Below, piece by piece: positions 31,225 to 41,567 of a DNA stretch of 64,000 nucleotides. The DNA lies in NCBI GenBank assembly GCA_965225715.1, contig CBDDBK010000002.1, forward strand, positions 1,324,416 through 1,388,415, in the 5' to 3' direction. Every line of letters starts with the position of its first letter. Position 1 is the first letter of the stretch. The position numbers and the translations under genes are program-made. The notes beneath the pieces are model-generated. The model was not told the DNA's origin. It did no database searches and was given only the letters and a program-made list of their open reading frames with translations. The stretch is from Flammeovirgaceae bacterium (GTDB lineage Bacteria > Bacteroidota > Bacteroidia > Cytophagales > Flammeovirgaceae).

Positions 31225-32274
31225 TTATTTTTTGCTTTTATTCGCCAATTGTCCACAAGCTGCTGCTATATCTTCTCCCCGACTTTTTCTTATGTTTACA
31301 TTCAAATCACAACTTTCCAAATAACTGACAAAGTGTTCTAATTGTTTTGGAGAAGTGTTTATAAAATTATTTTTTTCTATATTATTATATTCTATAATAT
31401 TAATTTTAGAAGGTACATGTTTGCTAAATGAATAGAGTGCTTCTGCATCTTTAAGGGTATCATTAAAGTCTTTAAAAATAATATATTCAAATGTTACTAA
31501 TTTTTTAACTTTACTATAATAGTATTTCAAAGCATCTCTAAGAGTCGTTAAATTATTGCTCTGGTTAATAGGCATAATACTATTTCGTTTTTTATCGTCA
31601 ACGGCATGAAGTGATAAAGCAAGTTTACATTTAATTTTATCATCACCAAGTTTACGAATCATTTTAGCAATCCCTGCTGTGGAAATAGTAATCCGTTCTT
31701 TTGAAAACCCTAAGCCTTTTTCGGTCAAATAATCTAAAGATTTTATAACTTCTGAATAATTTAAGAGAGGTTCTCCCATACCCATATAAACTATATTTGT
31801 GAGCTTATGTTTATAAATTTCTAACGCTTTCTGATTAATGAGTCGTACTTGATCGTATATTTCAGAGGCTTCAAGGTTGCGTATACGCGGTAAAAATCCA
31901 GTGGCACAAAACTTACATGTTAAGGCACAACCTACTTGCGAAGAGATACAAGCAGTAAAACGATTAGACATTGGAATAAGTACACCTTCCACATGATGCC
32001 CATCAAAGAGTTCAAATAAAAATTTTAGTGTTCCATCTTTAGATTTTTGTTCTTTAACGATTTTGACAGGGTAAAAATTAAAATTATCCTTTAACAAAGA
32101 TCTTATCTTTTTTGATAAATTAGTCATACTATCAAAATCTATATTTCCCTTTTTCCACAACCATTCCTGAATCTGTTTGCTTCTAAACGTTGATTCTTCG
32201 TGCTTTTGCAAAAACAGCTCTAAATCCTTTGATTCTATTTTCCGGATGTCCTTTTTGAGTTTAGTAGAGAGCAT
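31225..32274 (-). CDS. rlmN: 23S rRNA (adenine2503-C2)/tRNA methyltransferase, radical SAM
   Basis: Radical-SAM cluster CALTCKFCATG, downstream GMGEPLLN, and C-terminal AACGQL typical of RlmN. Confidence 0.92.
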   Translation of the reverse strand: MLSTKLKKDIRKIESKDLELFLQKHEESTFRSKQIQEWLWKKGNIDFDSMTNLSKKIRSLLKDNFNFYPVKIVKEQKSKDGTLKFLFELFDGHHVEGVLIPMSNRFTACISSQVGCALTCKFCATGFLPRIRNLEASEIYDQVRLINQKALEIYKHKLTNIVYMGMGEPLLNYSEVIKSLDYLTEKGLGFSKERITISTAGIAKMIRKLGDDKIKCKLALSLHAVDDKKRNSIMPINQSNNLTTLRDALKYYYSKVKKLVTFEYIIFKDFNDTLKDAEALYSFSKHVPSKINIIEYNNIEKNNFINTSPKQLEHFVSYLESCDLNVNIRKSRGEDIAAACGQLANKSKK

Positions 32275-32815
32275 TTTTAAATAAATTAGACAATATTAAA
32301 ATTACAATAATTAAAATTTATAGTTTATAAATTTTTTATTTTCAAATATTTATATGATTTTAAGCTGTAAATCTAAATTTTAGATTTGTAGTAATAATCT
32401 CTAAAATAAGTGTATTTAACCTCATGTAACTTTCAAATATTTTTTTTATTTTTAAAGTTTACTCTTAATTATTATATAGTATAGAGCAAAATAAAATCTG
32501 TCACTTATAGGTTTTTTTTAATTTTTACATCGAAACTTATCATGGAGAACTTTAAAGACATGTTGATTTTTTTGAACACTAAGAACGTGTTTAGGTTTTA
32601 TTTTTAACAGTATAAATAATTTATACTGTTGTTTTTTAATTTTTTTTCCATACAATACATGATCGATAATCAGAAAATTATCGTTTAAAAACGAGATAAA
32701 AAAATAGTTTATTTAATATTTTATATCTTTATATTCTTATAAGCAAAAAATTTAGTACTCTTCTATTCTTTATAGGTTTTAGCTGCCATTTTTTAAATTT
32801 TAAACTTTATTTATC

Positions 32816-35539
32816 ATGAAAAAAATCACTTTTTTTATACTCTTTTTTTCCTTTTTTACAGCAAAAGCGCAAGTTAATACGCAAGATTCTTTAGCTTTAT
32901 TAGCTTTATACAACAGTACTAACGGTGCTAACTGGAACACCACCTGGAATTTAAACAATCCTGTTGGCAGCTGGCATGGAGTCACTACAACAAATGGGCG
33001 AGTTGTAGAGCTTGATTTTTTTTTTAATAATCTCAATGGTTCCATTCCGTCGGAGTTGGGCAATCTAACTGCTTTAACAAGTTTAAATTTATCTATCAAT
33101 GACCTTACAGGTTCCATTCCGTCGGAGTTGGGCAATTTAACTGCTTTAACAAATTTAAATTTATCTATCAATCTACTTACAGGTTCCATTCCATCGGAGT
33201 TGGGCAATCTAACTGCTTTAACAAATGTAGATTTATCTCTCAATGACCTTACAGGTTCCATTCCGTCGGAGTTGGGCAATTTAACTGCTTTAACAAATTT
33301 AAATTTATTTTTCAATCTACTTACAGGTTCCATTCCACAAGAGTTGGGCAATTTAGTAAATTTGAGAGAATTAAATTTATCTGGCAATCTACTTACAGGT
33401 TTCATTCCGTCGGAGTTGGGCAATCTAACTGCTTTAACAAATTTAGATTTATCTTTCAATCAATTTACAGGTTTCATTCCGTCGGAGTTGGGCAATCTAA
33501 CTGCTTTAACAAGTTTAAATTTATCTAACAATCAACTTACAGGTTCCATTCCATCGGAGTTGGGCAATTTAACTGCTTTAACAACATTGGACTTAGATAA
33601 CAATCAATTTACGGGTTCCATTCCTCCGGAGTTGGGTAATCTAACTGCTTTAACAATATTAAATTTAGATGAGAATCAATTTACAGATTTACCGGATTTA
33701 TCACATTTAGCAGGTATAATGGATGATTTTCGTGTTCAAAACAATTTTTTAGATTTTGAAGACATAGAACCCAATCTGGCTAATTTAGCTTCTGCTTCTA
33801 ATTATTCGCCTCAAGGACCGGTAAGAGAAGGGGATTTTTATTCTAATCCTATAGGTACAGATATAGTGCTTTCGGTTGCAGTCAATGGTACCGGGAATGT
33901 ATACCAATGGTTTTTAAATGGTGTAGCTATAGGAGGCGAAAGTAATTCTGATTTAAACCTAACCAATATACAAGAAGCCAATTTTGGTCTTTACTATTGT
34001 GAAATTACCAATCCCAATGTACCCGGTCTTACCTTGAGGTCTTTGCCCGATATTGTTGGCAATCCCTTTCCAAGCGATATAGTAACATCAGATTTTTTGA
34101 TTCTTTTAAATCTATACAACAACACTAATGGAGCTGGATGGAATACAACTTGGGATTTAGCGTTATCTCCAACAAACTGGGGCGGGATAACATTAGAAAA
34201 TCAAAGAGTAGTAGCTATTGATTTGGCTAATAATAACTTATTGGGAACATTAGCTTCTGATTTAGGTCTTTTAGATAGTTTGCAAACTTTAGATTTAGGC
34301 ACTAATGAGTTGAGTGGCGCTATTCCGGCAGAACTCGGCAATTTAGCTGCTTTAACGACTTTAGAATTAGATAGCAATCAACTTACGGGTTCCATTCCTC
34401 CGGAGTTGGGCAACTTAGCTGCTTTAACAACTTTAGACTTAGGCAATAATGAGTTGAGTGGCGTCCTTCCGGCAGAACTTGGCAACTTAGCTGCTTTAAC
34501 AACTTTAGACTTAGGCAATAATGAGTTGAGTGGCGCTCTGCCTAATACATTAGCTAACTTGACTAACTTACTTAATTTAAAACTGGAAAACAATGCTTTT
34601 ACCGGTCTATCTGATTTAACTGCCTTAACTCAACTTGTTGTTTTTAGTGTTCAAAATAATTTTTTAGATTTTGGAGACATAGAACCCAATCGGGCTAATT
34701 TAGGTTCTGCTTCTAATTATTCGCCTCAAGGACCGGTAAGAGAAGGCGAAAACTATACTTTGCCAAGTGGGTCAAATTTAATGCTTTCTGTCGATGTAGG
34801 CGGTACAGGAAATCGTTATCAATGGTTTTATAATAGTAATCCTATAGCTAATGCTAGTAATTCCAGTCTTGATTTAATGGACCTTCAAGCTGAAGAGTCC
34901 GGTCTTTATTATTGTGAGATTAGCAATCCCAATGTACCGAGTTTGATTTTAACTTCTTCAGCAGATACTTTAAAGGTAGTGCCTAATGCAGCTCCGACAG
35001 GCATAGCCCTTTCGAACAACAGCATAGAAGAAAACTTAGCTATAGGAACTTTAATAGGTCTTTTTTCCACAACAGACGCTAATCCAACTGATAAGCATAC
35101 CTATACAATTTCTGATAACACCAATTTTCAAATCAGTGCGGATAGTTTATATGCTAATATTTCCTTTGATTATGAAACAATAGAAAGCTATAACTTAACA
35201 GTAACAAGTACAGACTTAGGAGGGTTAACCTATTCGGATGATTTGATTATCAGCATTATAGATGGTGATGATGGTGGTTTGGTAACAGGTATTGAGGATG
35301 TTTTTACTCAAACTGAAACCGTATTGTATCCGAATCCAAGCACAAATTTTTTACATATAAGGGGCTTGAAAAAGATAGGGGTCGTGGAACTTCTATTTTA
35401 TAACCTTCAAGGTCAAATAGTAAAGGAATACAGTGAGATTCAAGATGTTTATGATGTTAGCGATTTGCCTAAGGGTTTCTATATAGCGCTTATCAAAACG
35501 TTAAATTTTGAAAAAACCATTAATTTTATTATCAACTAG
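32816..35539 (+). CDS. Secreted multi-domain protein: two blocks of plant-type 24-residue LRRs, each followed by an Ig-like module, then a cadherin-like domain and a T9SS C-terminal sorting domain
   Basis: Signal peptide. LRR cap ALLALYNSTNGANWNTTW...WHGVTT. Repeats of the form LTGSIPSELGNLTALTNLNLSxN. GLYYCEI(T/S)NPNVP Ig-like blocks, cadherin-like NAAPTGIALSNNSIEEN...FDYE, and T9SS tail VLYPNPSTNFLHI. Confidence 0.85.
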   Translation: MKKITFFILFFSFFTAKAQVNTQDSLALLALYNSTNGANWNTTWNLNNPVGSWHGVTTTNGRVVELDFFFNNLNGSIPSELGNLTALTSLNLSINDLTGSIPSELGNLTALTNLNLSINLLTGSIPSELGNLTALTNVDLSLNDLTGSIPSELGNLTALTNLNLFFNLLTGSIPQELGNLVNLRELNLSGNLLTGFIPSELGNLTALTNLDLSFNQFTGFIPSELGNLTALTSLNLSNNQLTGSIPSELGNLTALTTLDLDNNQFTGSIPPELGNLTALTILNLDENQFTDLPDLSHLAGIMDDFRVQNNFLDFEDIEPNLANLASASNYSPQGPVREGDFYSNPIGTDIVLSVAVNGTGNVYQWFLNGVAIGGESNSDLNLTNIQEANFGLYYCEITNPNVPGLTLRSLPDIVGNPFPSDIVTSDFLILLNLYNNTNGAGWNTTWDLALSPTNWGGITLENQRVVAIDLANNNLLGTLASDLGLLDSLQTLDLGTNELSGAIPAELGNLAALTTLELDSNQLTGSIPPELGNLAALTTLDLGNNELSGVLPAELGNLAALTTLDLGNNELSGALPNTLANLTNLLNLKLENNAFTGLSDLTALTQLVVFSVQNNFLDFGDIEPNRANLGSASNYSPQGPVREGENYTLPSGSNLMLSVDVGGTGNRYQWFYNSNPIANASNSSLDLMDLQAEESGLYYCEISNPNVPSLILTSSADTLKVVPNAAPTGIALSNNSIEENLAIGTLIGLFSTTDANPTDKHTYTISDNTNFQISADSLYANISFDYETIESYNLTVTSTDLGGLTYSDDLIISIIDGDDGGLVTGIEDVFTQTETVLYPNPSTNFLHIRGLKKIGVVELLFYNLQGQIVKEYSEIQDVYDVSDLPKGFYIALIKTLNFEKTINFIIN

Positions 35540-36429
35540 AAGTTGTTTACAAATTAATTTGGAAAAATAAAAAAACATGGGCAAATTTGTAAGTATTTAG
35601 CTTTTAAATAGTTATCTAAACAAATTAAGCCCATGTCCATCGTAAAAACAATGATAACACAAAAAGATTTTCAGCCAAAAATTTTACCCCATATTTTGAG
35701 TATAAGGTTGTCTTCAAGAGGTAAAAAATCTAAAATCGGTTATTATAAACTTTATTGTTATATGCTTTACAAAGCGAAATCAGGCTGTCAATGGAGAATG
35801 TTATCTATTGATAATAAGGAAATTACTAATTTTTTTGAAAAGATTTTCAAGGCTTCTGTAGCCCTTTTGAAAAGTGATCATCTAGCTGGTCAATTATCTG
35901 AAATTAATTTAGATGGCACGCATAGTCTAGCTAAAAATGGTGCTGAAGCAGTAGCTTATTAGAGGCGTAAAAAAGGCAAGACGACTAACTTATTGTTTTT
36001 GACAAATGGGAAGGGTAAAGTGCTTGGTATAAGCGAAGGTATAGCTGGTAAGCACAATGATTTATATGAGGTAAAAAGGTATACTAAGAAGATGTTAAAG
36101 GATTTAAAAAAGTGGGGGTATACATTGCAAAATGTTTTATTTTAGTCAGACAAAGGTTTTGATAGCAAGCTCTTTAGAAAGTTTTTATTTAATCAAGGCT
36201 TGAAGCCAAATATTGATGAAAACAAACGCAATCGTAAAAAACCAAAGCGGGGGAGGAAACGCTTTTTTGATATAAGAACGTTATAAAAATCGTTTACCAA
36301 TGAGCGTACTTTTGCTTGGATAGATGGCTTTAAAAACATTCTCATACGCTTTGATAAGAAAGTCCAAAATTGGCTAGCTTGAAATCAAATTGCTGCTAGC
36401 CTTATAAATTTTAAGTTGTAAACAACTTC
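35539..36429 (+). mobile_element. IS5-family-like insertion sequence (891 bp) with 14-bp perfect inverted repeats; transposase pseudogenised
   Basis: GAAGTTGTTTACAA at 35539-35552 is the reverse complement of 36416-36429. The transposase frame (DUF4096-like N-terminus CQWRML, DDE-like ...DKGFDS...NERTFAWIDGFK...) is broken by in-frame stops near 35960, 36143, 36284 and 36381. It also has a ~40-nt deletion relative to the copy at 60433. Confidence 0.75.
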
Positions 36430-36764
36430 ATTACAAAATATGTGATCTATAGTCTCACTACCAGGGAAAATAGTTAATGTATAAGTTATTAAAATGGCTT
36501 GCTCGTTTTCCCACTCACAGTAAAAGTCAAGTGGTTCATTATCTTCAGATAAGCTATGACGAATAGAATAATAGTGTCGAGATTCTAAGTTATAAGGTTC
36601 TCTGGAAGGTTAAAAGAATTTATTAATTTAGAAAAATGATTTAAACCTTCAAGAAAATTGCTTTTTCCTAAATTATTTGATCTGATGAGTAGAGTTAACT
36701 CATCTAAATCGACAGTAGAATCTTTATGACTTTTAAAGTTTTTTAATCTAAATTTTCTAAACAT
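36430..36764 (-). pseudogene. Frameshifted, 3'-truncated remnant of an AAA_15/AAA_21-type (OLD/RecF-like) ATPase gene
   Basis: Minus strand from ATG 36762-36764 reads MFRKFRLKNFKSHKDSTVDLDELTLLIRSNNLGKSNFLEGL..., a decayed Walker A (compare GxNxSGKSN). It stops at 36585, continues in another frame, and runs straight into the IS end at 36429. Confidence 0.4.
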
Positions 36765-36808
36765 GCTATAACTAATTGAATTACATAAATATGGTTATTG
36801 TGATATTA

Positions 36809-37888
36809 TCAGTTTATTTTATTAAGATTAGCTTGTAGATAAAAATCCATGATGACCAGAGCCGCCATAGCTTCAACAATTGGAACTGCTCTTGGAACAA
36901 CACAAGGATCATGTCGCCCTTTGCCTTTGACAGTAATAGGTTCTCCTTTCTCATTCAGACTTATTTGATCAGTCATGATAGTAGCTACGGGTTTAAAAGC
37001 AACTTTGAAATAAATGTCTTCTCCATTTGAAATTCCCCCTTGTACACCTCCAGAATGATTGGTCTGGGTAGAAATATTACCTTTATTATCTTTGATAAAT
37101 AAGTCATTGTGTTGTGAACCCAACATTTTAACCCCTTCAAAACCACTTCCATATTCAAAACCTTTTACTGCATTAATACCCATCATAGCATGGGCTAAAG
37201 CAGCATGCAATTTATCAAAAACAGGTTCTCCCAAGCCAGAAGGCACATTTTTAATAACACCTAAAACACAACCTCCAATAGTATCTTTATTCTTTCTTGT
37301 TTGGTCAATAAGATCGATCATCTTTTCCGCTATTTCCAAATCAGGACATCTTACAATGGTATCCTCTGTTTTTTCTAAATCCAAGTCCTTATAGCTTTTT
37401 TGAACAGCTATATCTCCAACCTGACAAACGTATGCTTGGCTTTTGATACCCAATTTATTTAAATACATTTTAGCTATACTCCCGGCAGCTACTCTCGCTA
37501 ATGTCTCGCGAGCAGAACTTCTACCACCTCCTCGATAGTCTCTTATGCCGTATTTAGAAAAGTACGTGTAATCGGCATGGGAAGGTCTAAACTGATCTTT
37601 GATATGAGTATAATCTTTACTCTTTGCATCTTTGTTATAAACTAATAAAGTGATAGGCATACCCGTTGTTTTTCCTTCAAAAATGCCCGACATAAATTCT
37701 ATTTTGTCGCTTTCCTGACGTTGAGTCGTAATTTTTGACTGACCAGGACGTCTTCTCTGCATTTCCAATTGGATAAAATCTTCGTCAATTACTAAACCTA
37801 CCGGGCAACCATCAATGATTACACCAACGGCAGTTCCATGTGATTCTCCAAAAGTTGTGATTCTAAAAATCCGACCAAATGAATTCAT
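36809..37888 (-). CDS. aroC: Chorismate synthase
   Basis: [18 protein letters not shown]..., [10 protein letters not shown] and [17 protein letters not shown] are signature AroC blocks. Confidence 0.95.
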   Translation of the reverse strand: MNSFGRIFRITTFGESHGTAVGVIIDGCPVGLVIDEDFIQLEMQRRRPGQSKITTQRQESDKIEFMSGIFEGKTTGMPITLLVYNKDAKSKDYTHIKDQFRPSHADYTYFSKYGIRDYRGGGRSSARETLARVAAGSIAKMYLNKLGIKSQAYVCQVGDIAVQKSYKDLDLEKTEDTIVRCPDLEIAEKMIDLIDQTRKNKDTIGGCVLGVIKNVPSGLGEPVFDKLHAALAHAMMGINAVKGFEYGSGFEGVKMLGSQHNDLFIKDNKGNISTQTNHSGGVQGGISNGEDIYFKVAFKPVATIMTDQISLNEKGEPITVKGKGRHDPCVVPRAVPIVEAMAALVIMDFYLQANLNKIN

Positions 37889-38160
37889 TTCAAAATTAAA
37901 TTTTGGTATTTTATGTCATCTCAAATAAAAAAAGGGTTTTTGAAGTGCTTAAGTTATTGACAACGAAAAAATGTTCTCTCCTTATTTTTAATAGCAAGGC
38001 TATAAAATATAGAATTGTATAACTTTGTTCATAAAATAAAATTAAGAAACCCTCAAAATTAGTTCATAATACAAAAATACTTCTGTAAATAGGATAGTTT
38101 TTAACAAAATAATTGACAATGTTATGTCTGAAAACAGCCCCTCTTAATTAATATATTGCT

Positions 38161-38424
38161 ATGAATTTAATTAAAATAAGCAGAGCAAAGTACATAGAAA
38201 ACTATAAAGTCCACTTACACTTTTCAGATGGATTAACAGGAATAGTTGATTTAGAAGCTGAAATTTATGGAGAAGTTTTTGAGCCCTTAAAGGATAAGAA
38301 TTATTTCAAATCATTTGTTAAAGATAGATGGACAATTGGCTGGGCATGTGGAGCGGACTTTGCCCCTGAGTTTCTTCACGAACTGACCCAAAAACAGAAT
38401 AAAGACAATCGCAATTTTAGATAG
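38161..38424 (+). CDS. DUF2442 domain protein (orphan, no DUF4160 partner)
   Basis: YKVHLHFSDGLTGIVDLE...WACGADFAPEFLHEL matches the DUF2442 pattern and the paralog at 59163-59438. Confidence 0.7.
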   Translation: MNLIKISRAKYIENYKVHLHFSDGLTGIVDLEAEIYGEVFEPLKDKNYFKSFVKDRWTIGWACGADFAPEFLHELTQKQNKDNRNFR

Positions 38425-38510
38425 TTTATTCATTTTTCTGAATCAGAAATATAACAAAATATCTTGAAAGTTAAAGGTTTATAAAAAAGTATAGAGATTT
38501 TAAGGTTGTA

Positions 38511-40421
38511 TTAATAAATCAATAATTTACGCTCTAAAATTTTATTTCCCAAATCAATAAAAAGAATGTAAAGTCCGGAGGGTATTTTTTCGAGTTTGAA
38601 AACAGGGTTTTGTTCTGATAAGTTATTTTTCTCTAAAATTTTATTCCCATAAACCGTGTACAGCTTTATGCCTCTAACAGGCTGTTTACTTTGAATTTTG
38701 AAAAAATTACTAGCTGGATTGGGATATACCAAAATATCAGGCTCTTCCGATGTAGGATTAGGCTCTAAGGCGGTAACTATATCTAATTTTTCAAAAATAG
38801 GTCTTAACATTAGGCTACCATTTAGACTTTTGTTTTGTTGCCACTGGGAAGAGACATTAAAAAATATATTATTCCCACCTTTTGTATTCATATCAAAACC
38901 TAAAATTAAAGGTTCTTGAGACCGCTGACGTACTCCAATATAAAAAGTATCGGAAAGTATTAAGCCCGCTCCAAAACCATTATCAACTTCATATCTTTGA
39001 AAAGTATTTAACCCCTCCGAATAATTTATGGTAATGTTGCGACTAAAAAGGATTTCATCATTGGCATCGTTAAGAGCATCAATTTTTTTCCAAACGAACA
39101 AATCAAAAGTCTCTGAAGATAAATCATTTTCATTGCGAGGTAGATGAATATCTATGTGAGTTAAAGTATCCGGGTTGTCTAAAATAAAACGGTGAGCAAG
39201 GCTTCCAAAAAACACATTGACACTCACACCTGCTTCGGCAGTCCCATCATCATAACTAAAATAATCTTCCAAGATATTAAGGGATCTTAATGTATCATTG
39301 TTTTGGGTTGGAATAATAAAATTGGGAGAAGTCGGGCTATTTTCAACCGCATCAATTCTAAACTCATGTCTAATTTTAGTTGGGGCTTGTAAATTATAAA
39401 AAGGTAACCCAGTATTATTAATGGCTGAAAGTTGGGCAGATTCATTATTTAGAAGTAACACAACATTCTGACTGCTTGGTGTTTGGCTTTGGGTAAAAAG
39501 CTGAAAAATTGAAACAGTATCTTGGGTTGTTAGATCTGTTAAATGAAACCCAAGCCGAATAGGACTTGGAATAACCGGGCTTAAATTATTTAAACGTACC
39601 GTAATAGTATCTCTTAGAAAGAAAGTAGGGTCATTTTGAAAATGGTTAAAAGGAATGGCGTAATAGTTTTTAAATAAACCATTGGAGTTTCCGGATAAAG
39701 CGACATCTACCCTTTGACTCGGCTTGTCGGCAGCTGAATCATATACATAAACATAATCTATGTTCCAATGGTCAAAAGCTCCAGATTGTCGCCCATAATT
39801 TGTAAAACGAAATTGGAATCCATTGTAAAAAAAATCTGAATTATTAAGCGTAACTTCAATCCTATTAAAGGTATCTTGAAGACTTAAAGGGTTGGAACCG
39901 GAAACACTCCAAAGGTTTATCCAGAGTCCATCGATTTGTTTAATTTGAAGAATCAAAGAGTCTTCAGCATTGGGTGATTCACCTCTTCCACCTGCCTGCC
40001 ACCAAAAACTAAACACCAAAGTTTCGAGATTAGTTATATCTTCTAGAGCCAAAGGGCAAGAGGTTAACTTATCATTTAGACCAACGGCAAATGGACTATT
40101 GGTCACGTATGGCTGCCCATTTTGAAGCAAGCCATCAAAAGTAGCTATATTTGACGTAGGATGATCGCTGCTAAAACCATTATTTATGAAAACATCTTCA
40201 CTATTTTGCCATAAACTACTATCCGGTAAAATAAAACTGGTACTAAAATCATCGAAAAATGGTAGGGGTATTGTATCGCTTCCTGTTGTTCTTAATAGAT
40301 TTGGGCGGAATATTTTTGAAGGTAAAGGGTATAACATAGGTTGAGCTAAACACTTTCCAACCAAAGATAACCCCCATAACCCAAAATGAAGTTTTAAAAA
40401 TAACTTTAAAAAAGTGTTCAT
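38511..40421 (-). CDS. Secreted protein with T9SS C-terminal sorting domain, function unknown
   Basis: Signal peptide and C-terminal ILVYPNPASNFFKIQ...GLYILFI (Por secretion tail pattern). Confidence 0.65.
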   Translation of the reverse strand: MNTFLKLFLKLHFGLWGLSLVGKCLAQPMLYPLPSKIFRPNLLRTTGSDTIPLPFFDDFSTSFILPDSSLWQNSEDVFINNGFSSDHPTSNIATFDGLLQNGQPYVTNSPFAVGLNDKLTSCPLALEDITNLETLVFSFWWQAGGRGESPNAEDSLILQIKQIDGLWINLWSVSGSNPLSLQDTFNRIEVTLNNSDFFYNGFQFRFTNYGRQSGAFDHWNIDYVYVYDSAADKPSQRVDVALSGNSNGLFKNYYAIPFNHFQNDPTFFLRDTITVRLNNLSPVIPSPIRLGFHLTDLTTQDTVSIFQLFTQSQTPSSQNVVLLLNNESAQLSAINNTGLPFYNLQAPTKIRHEFRIDAVENSPTSPNFIIPTQNNDTLRSLNILEDYFSYDDGTAEAGVSVNVFFGSLAHRFILDNPDTLTHIDIHLPRNENDLSSETFDLFVWKKIDALNDANDEILFSRNITINYSEGLNTFQRYEVDNGFGAGLILSDTFYIGVRQRSQEPLILGFDMNTKGGNNIFFNVSSQWQQNKSLNGSLMLRPIFEKLDIVTALEPNPTSEEPDILVYPNPASNFFKIQSKQPVRGIKLYTVYGNKILEKNNLSEQNPVFKLEKIPSGLYILFIDLGNKILERKLLIY

Positions 40422-40680
40422 TTAAATCAATTATAAGTTACTGTAAACAATATTTTTTATGTGCTATGGATGATTATCGAATACAATTTATTTTATCTTA
40501 ATTGTAATATCATGTTTTTCTACAAAATCTTTCACAATATCTGCGATTTTAATCCAATAACTCATCTGATGCTTCATTGGTTGGCTGCCGTGTATGAATT
40601 ACTAATTTAGGGAACACTTTATTTTTGTTTTCCACCGCATAATGAATCCATATTTTATTTCCTACTTTACCACAAACTAA

Positions 40681-41274
40681 GAGCGTGTTTAGTTTTTTAT
40701 TTTAATTTTGAAAAGAGCGTCAAATTTCATAAAAGAGCACTTTAATTTTCACTTTAAATGGTGCTAGCGCTTTATGGAAAAGAAACACGTTTCTAAACAA
40801 AAAAAAACATAATGCTATAGATGACGCCCTATGGACAAAGATAGAAAGATATTTTCCTCATGCCAAACACAAGAGAAAATACAAACAAAAAGATGTTTTT
40901 AATGCTTGCTTATTTGTTACTGCCGCTAACACATATGATGGTAAAGAAGGTGTAAACTTACTCGACAAGCTACGCGGACGTATAAAAGAAAAGACTTTAT
41001 TTTGCGTTGATAAGAGTTATCGGGGTGATTTTGTTAAGGCGGTGGATTCTTTAAATTGTCCTATTGATGTTGGTCAGCCACCTCCTTCAGAGCTTGGTTT
41101 TGTACCCAGAAAGGGACGCTGGCAAGTAGAGCGGAGTTTTTCTTGGTTAAATTTTTACCGTAGATTGAGTAAATATTACGAAAAAACTGTAGAATCAGCT
41201 TTAGCATTCATTCAAATAGCATTTATTAACATCCTTTTGAACAGAATAAGGGTAAATAAAAACTAAACACGCTC
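40681..41274 (+). mobile_element. Degenerate IS5-like element (594 bp) with near-perfect terminal inverted repeats and TAA flanks
   Basis: GAGCGTGTTTAGTTTTT (40681-40697) is the reverse complement of 41258-41274, with TAA on both sides. Only transposase fragments remain, e.g. RWQVERSFSWLNFYRRLSKYYEKTVESALAFIQIAFINILLNRI (ORF 41042-41266), and upstream frames are broken. Confidence 0.7.
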
Positions 41275-41275
41275 T

Positions 41276-41322
41276 AAAGCCCCATAAACATAGCTTTGGG
41301 TTTTTGAAAACTTTGCATTCAT
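41276..41322 (-). pseudogene. 5' stump (first ~15 codons) of a fifth cadherin/beta-propeller paralog, cut at the IS boundary
   Basis: The minus strand reads ATGAATGCAAAGTTTTCAAAAACCCAAAGCTATGTTTATGGGGCT (MNAKFSKTQSYVYGA), identical to the starts of the four full genes. It is preceded by the same spacer, and homology stops within 1-2 nt of the IS end at 41274. Confidence 0.7.
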
Positions 41323-41567
41323 AAGGTTCTATTAAATTTAATATTAAAAAAATAAAATGACTTGTATATAAAGGTTTTTTGTTTTTATTTTGAGGAATGA
41401 CTTAGTTTTGTAATTCATTATAGTTCATTATTTTAAATAACACACTATCCAAAAAAAGTTAGATAAAATAGGCCGGAATAAATTTCTTTTCAAAGTAAAG
41501 AATTTGGCGATGTACCAGAGTAAGGTTTCCTCTTTTGAATACACCGCCAAGCTAAATTTTTTGTTTC

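Noticed and set aside
32606-32630. Perfect palindrome AACAGTATAAAT-A-ATTTATACTGTT about 190 bp upstream of the LRR gene, considered as an operator or invertase site
   Set aside because: It sits inside a solo IS-end remnant, and the related end at 3196-3242 carries one arm of it. It is more simply explained as subterminal IS sequence. No recombinase gene is nearby.
32800-33459. 219-aa minus-strand ORF with its own repeat pattern (KLPNSDGMEPVSRL...), and the 71-aa ORF at 34378-34593
   Set aside because: This is the antisense reading of the 72-bp LRR-coding repeats. The plus-strand frame carries a signal peptide, LRR consensus and T9SS tail, so the minus-strand ORFs are repeat artefacts.
33000-34600. 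Regularly spaced near-identical 72-bp units (and the 144-bp units at 41.6-49.6 kb) that could superficially suggest a CRISPR array
   Set aside because: The units are contiguous with no unique spacers, lie in frame inside long ORFs and encode LRR or propeller repeats. No cas genes are present.
40440-40680. Minus-strand reading ...GNKIWIHYAVENKNKVFPKLVIHTRQPTNE... next to the IS5-like element, possibly another transposase fragment
   Set aside because: The match is too short and weak to assign. No start, no motif, and stops in frame shortly after.
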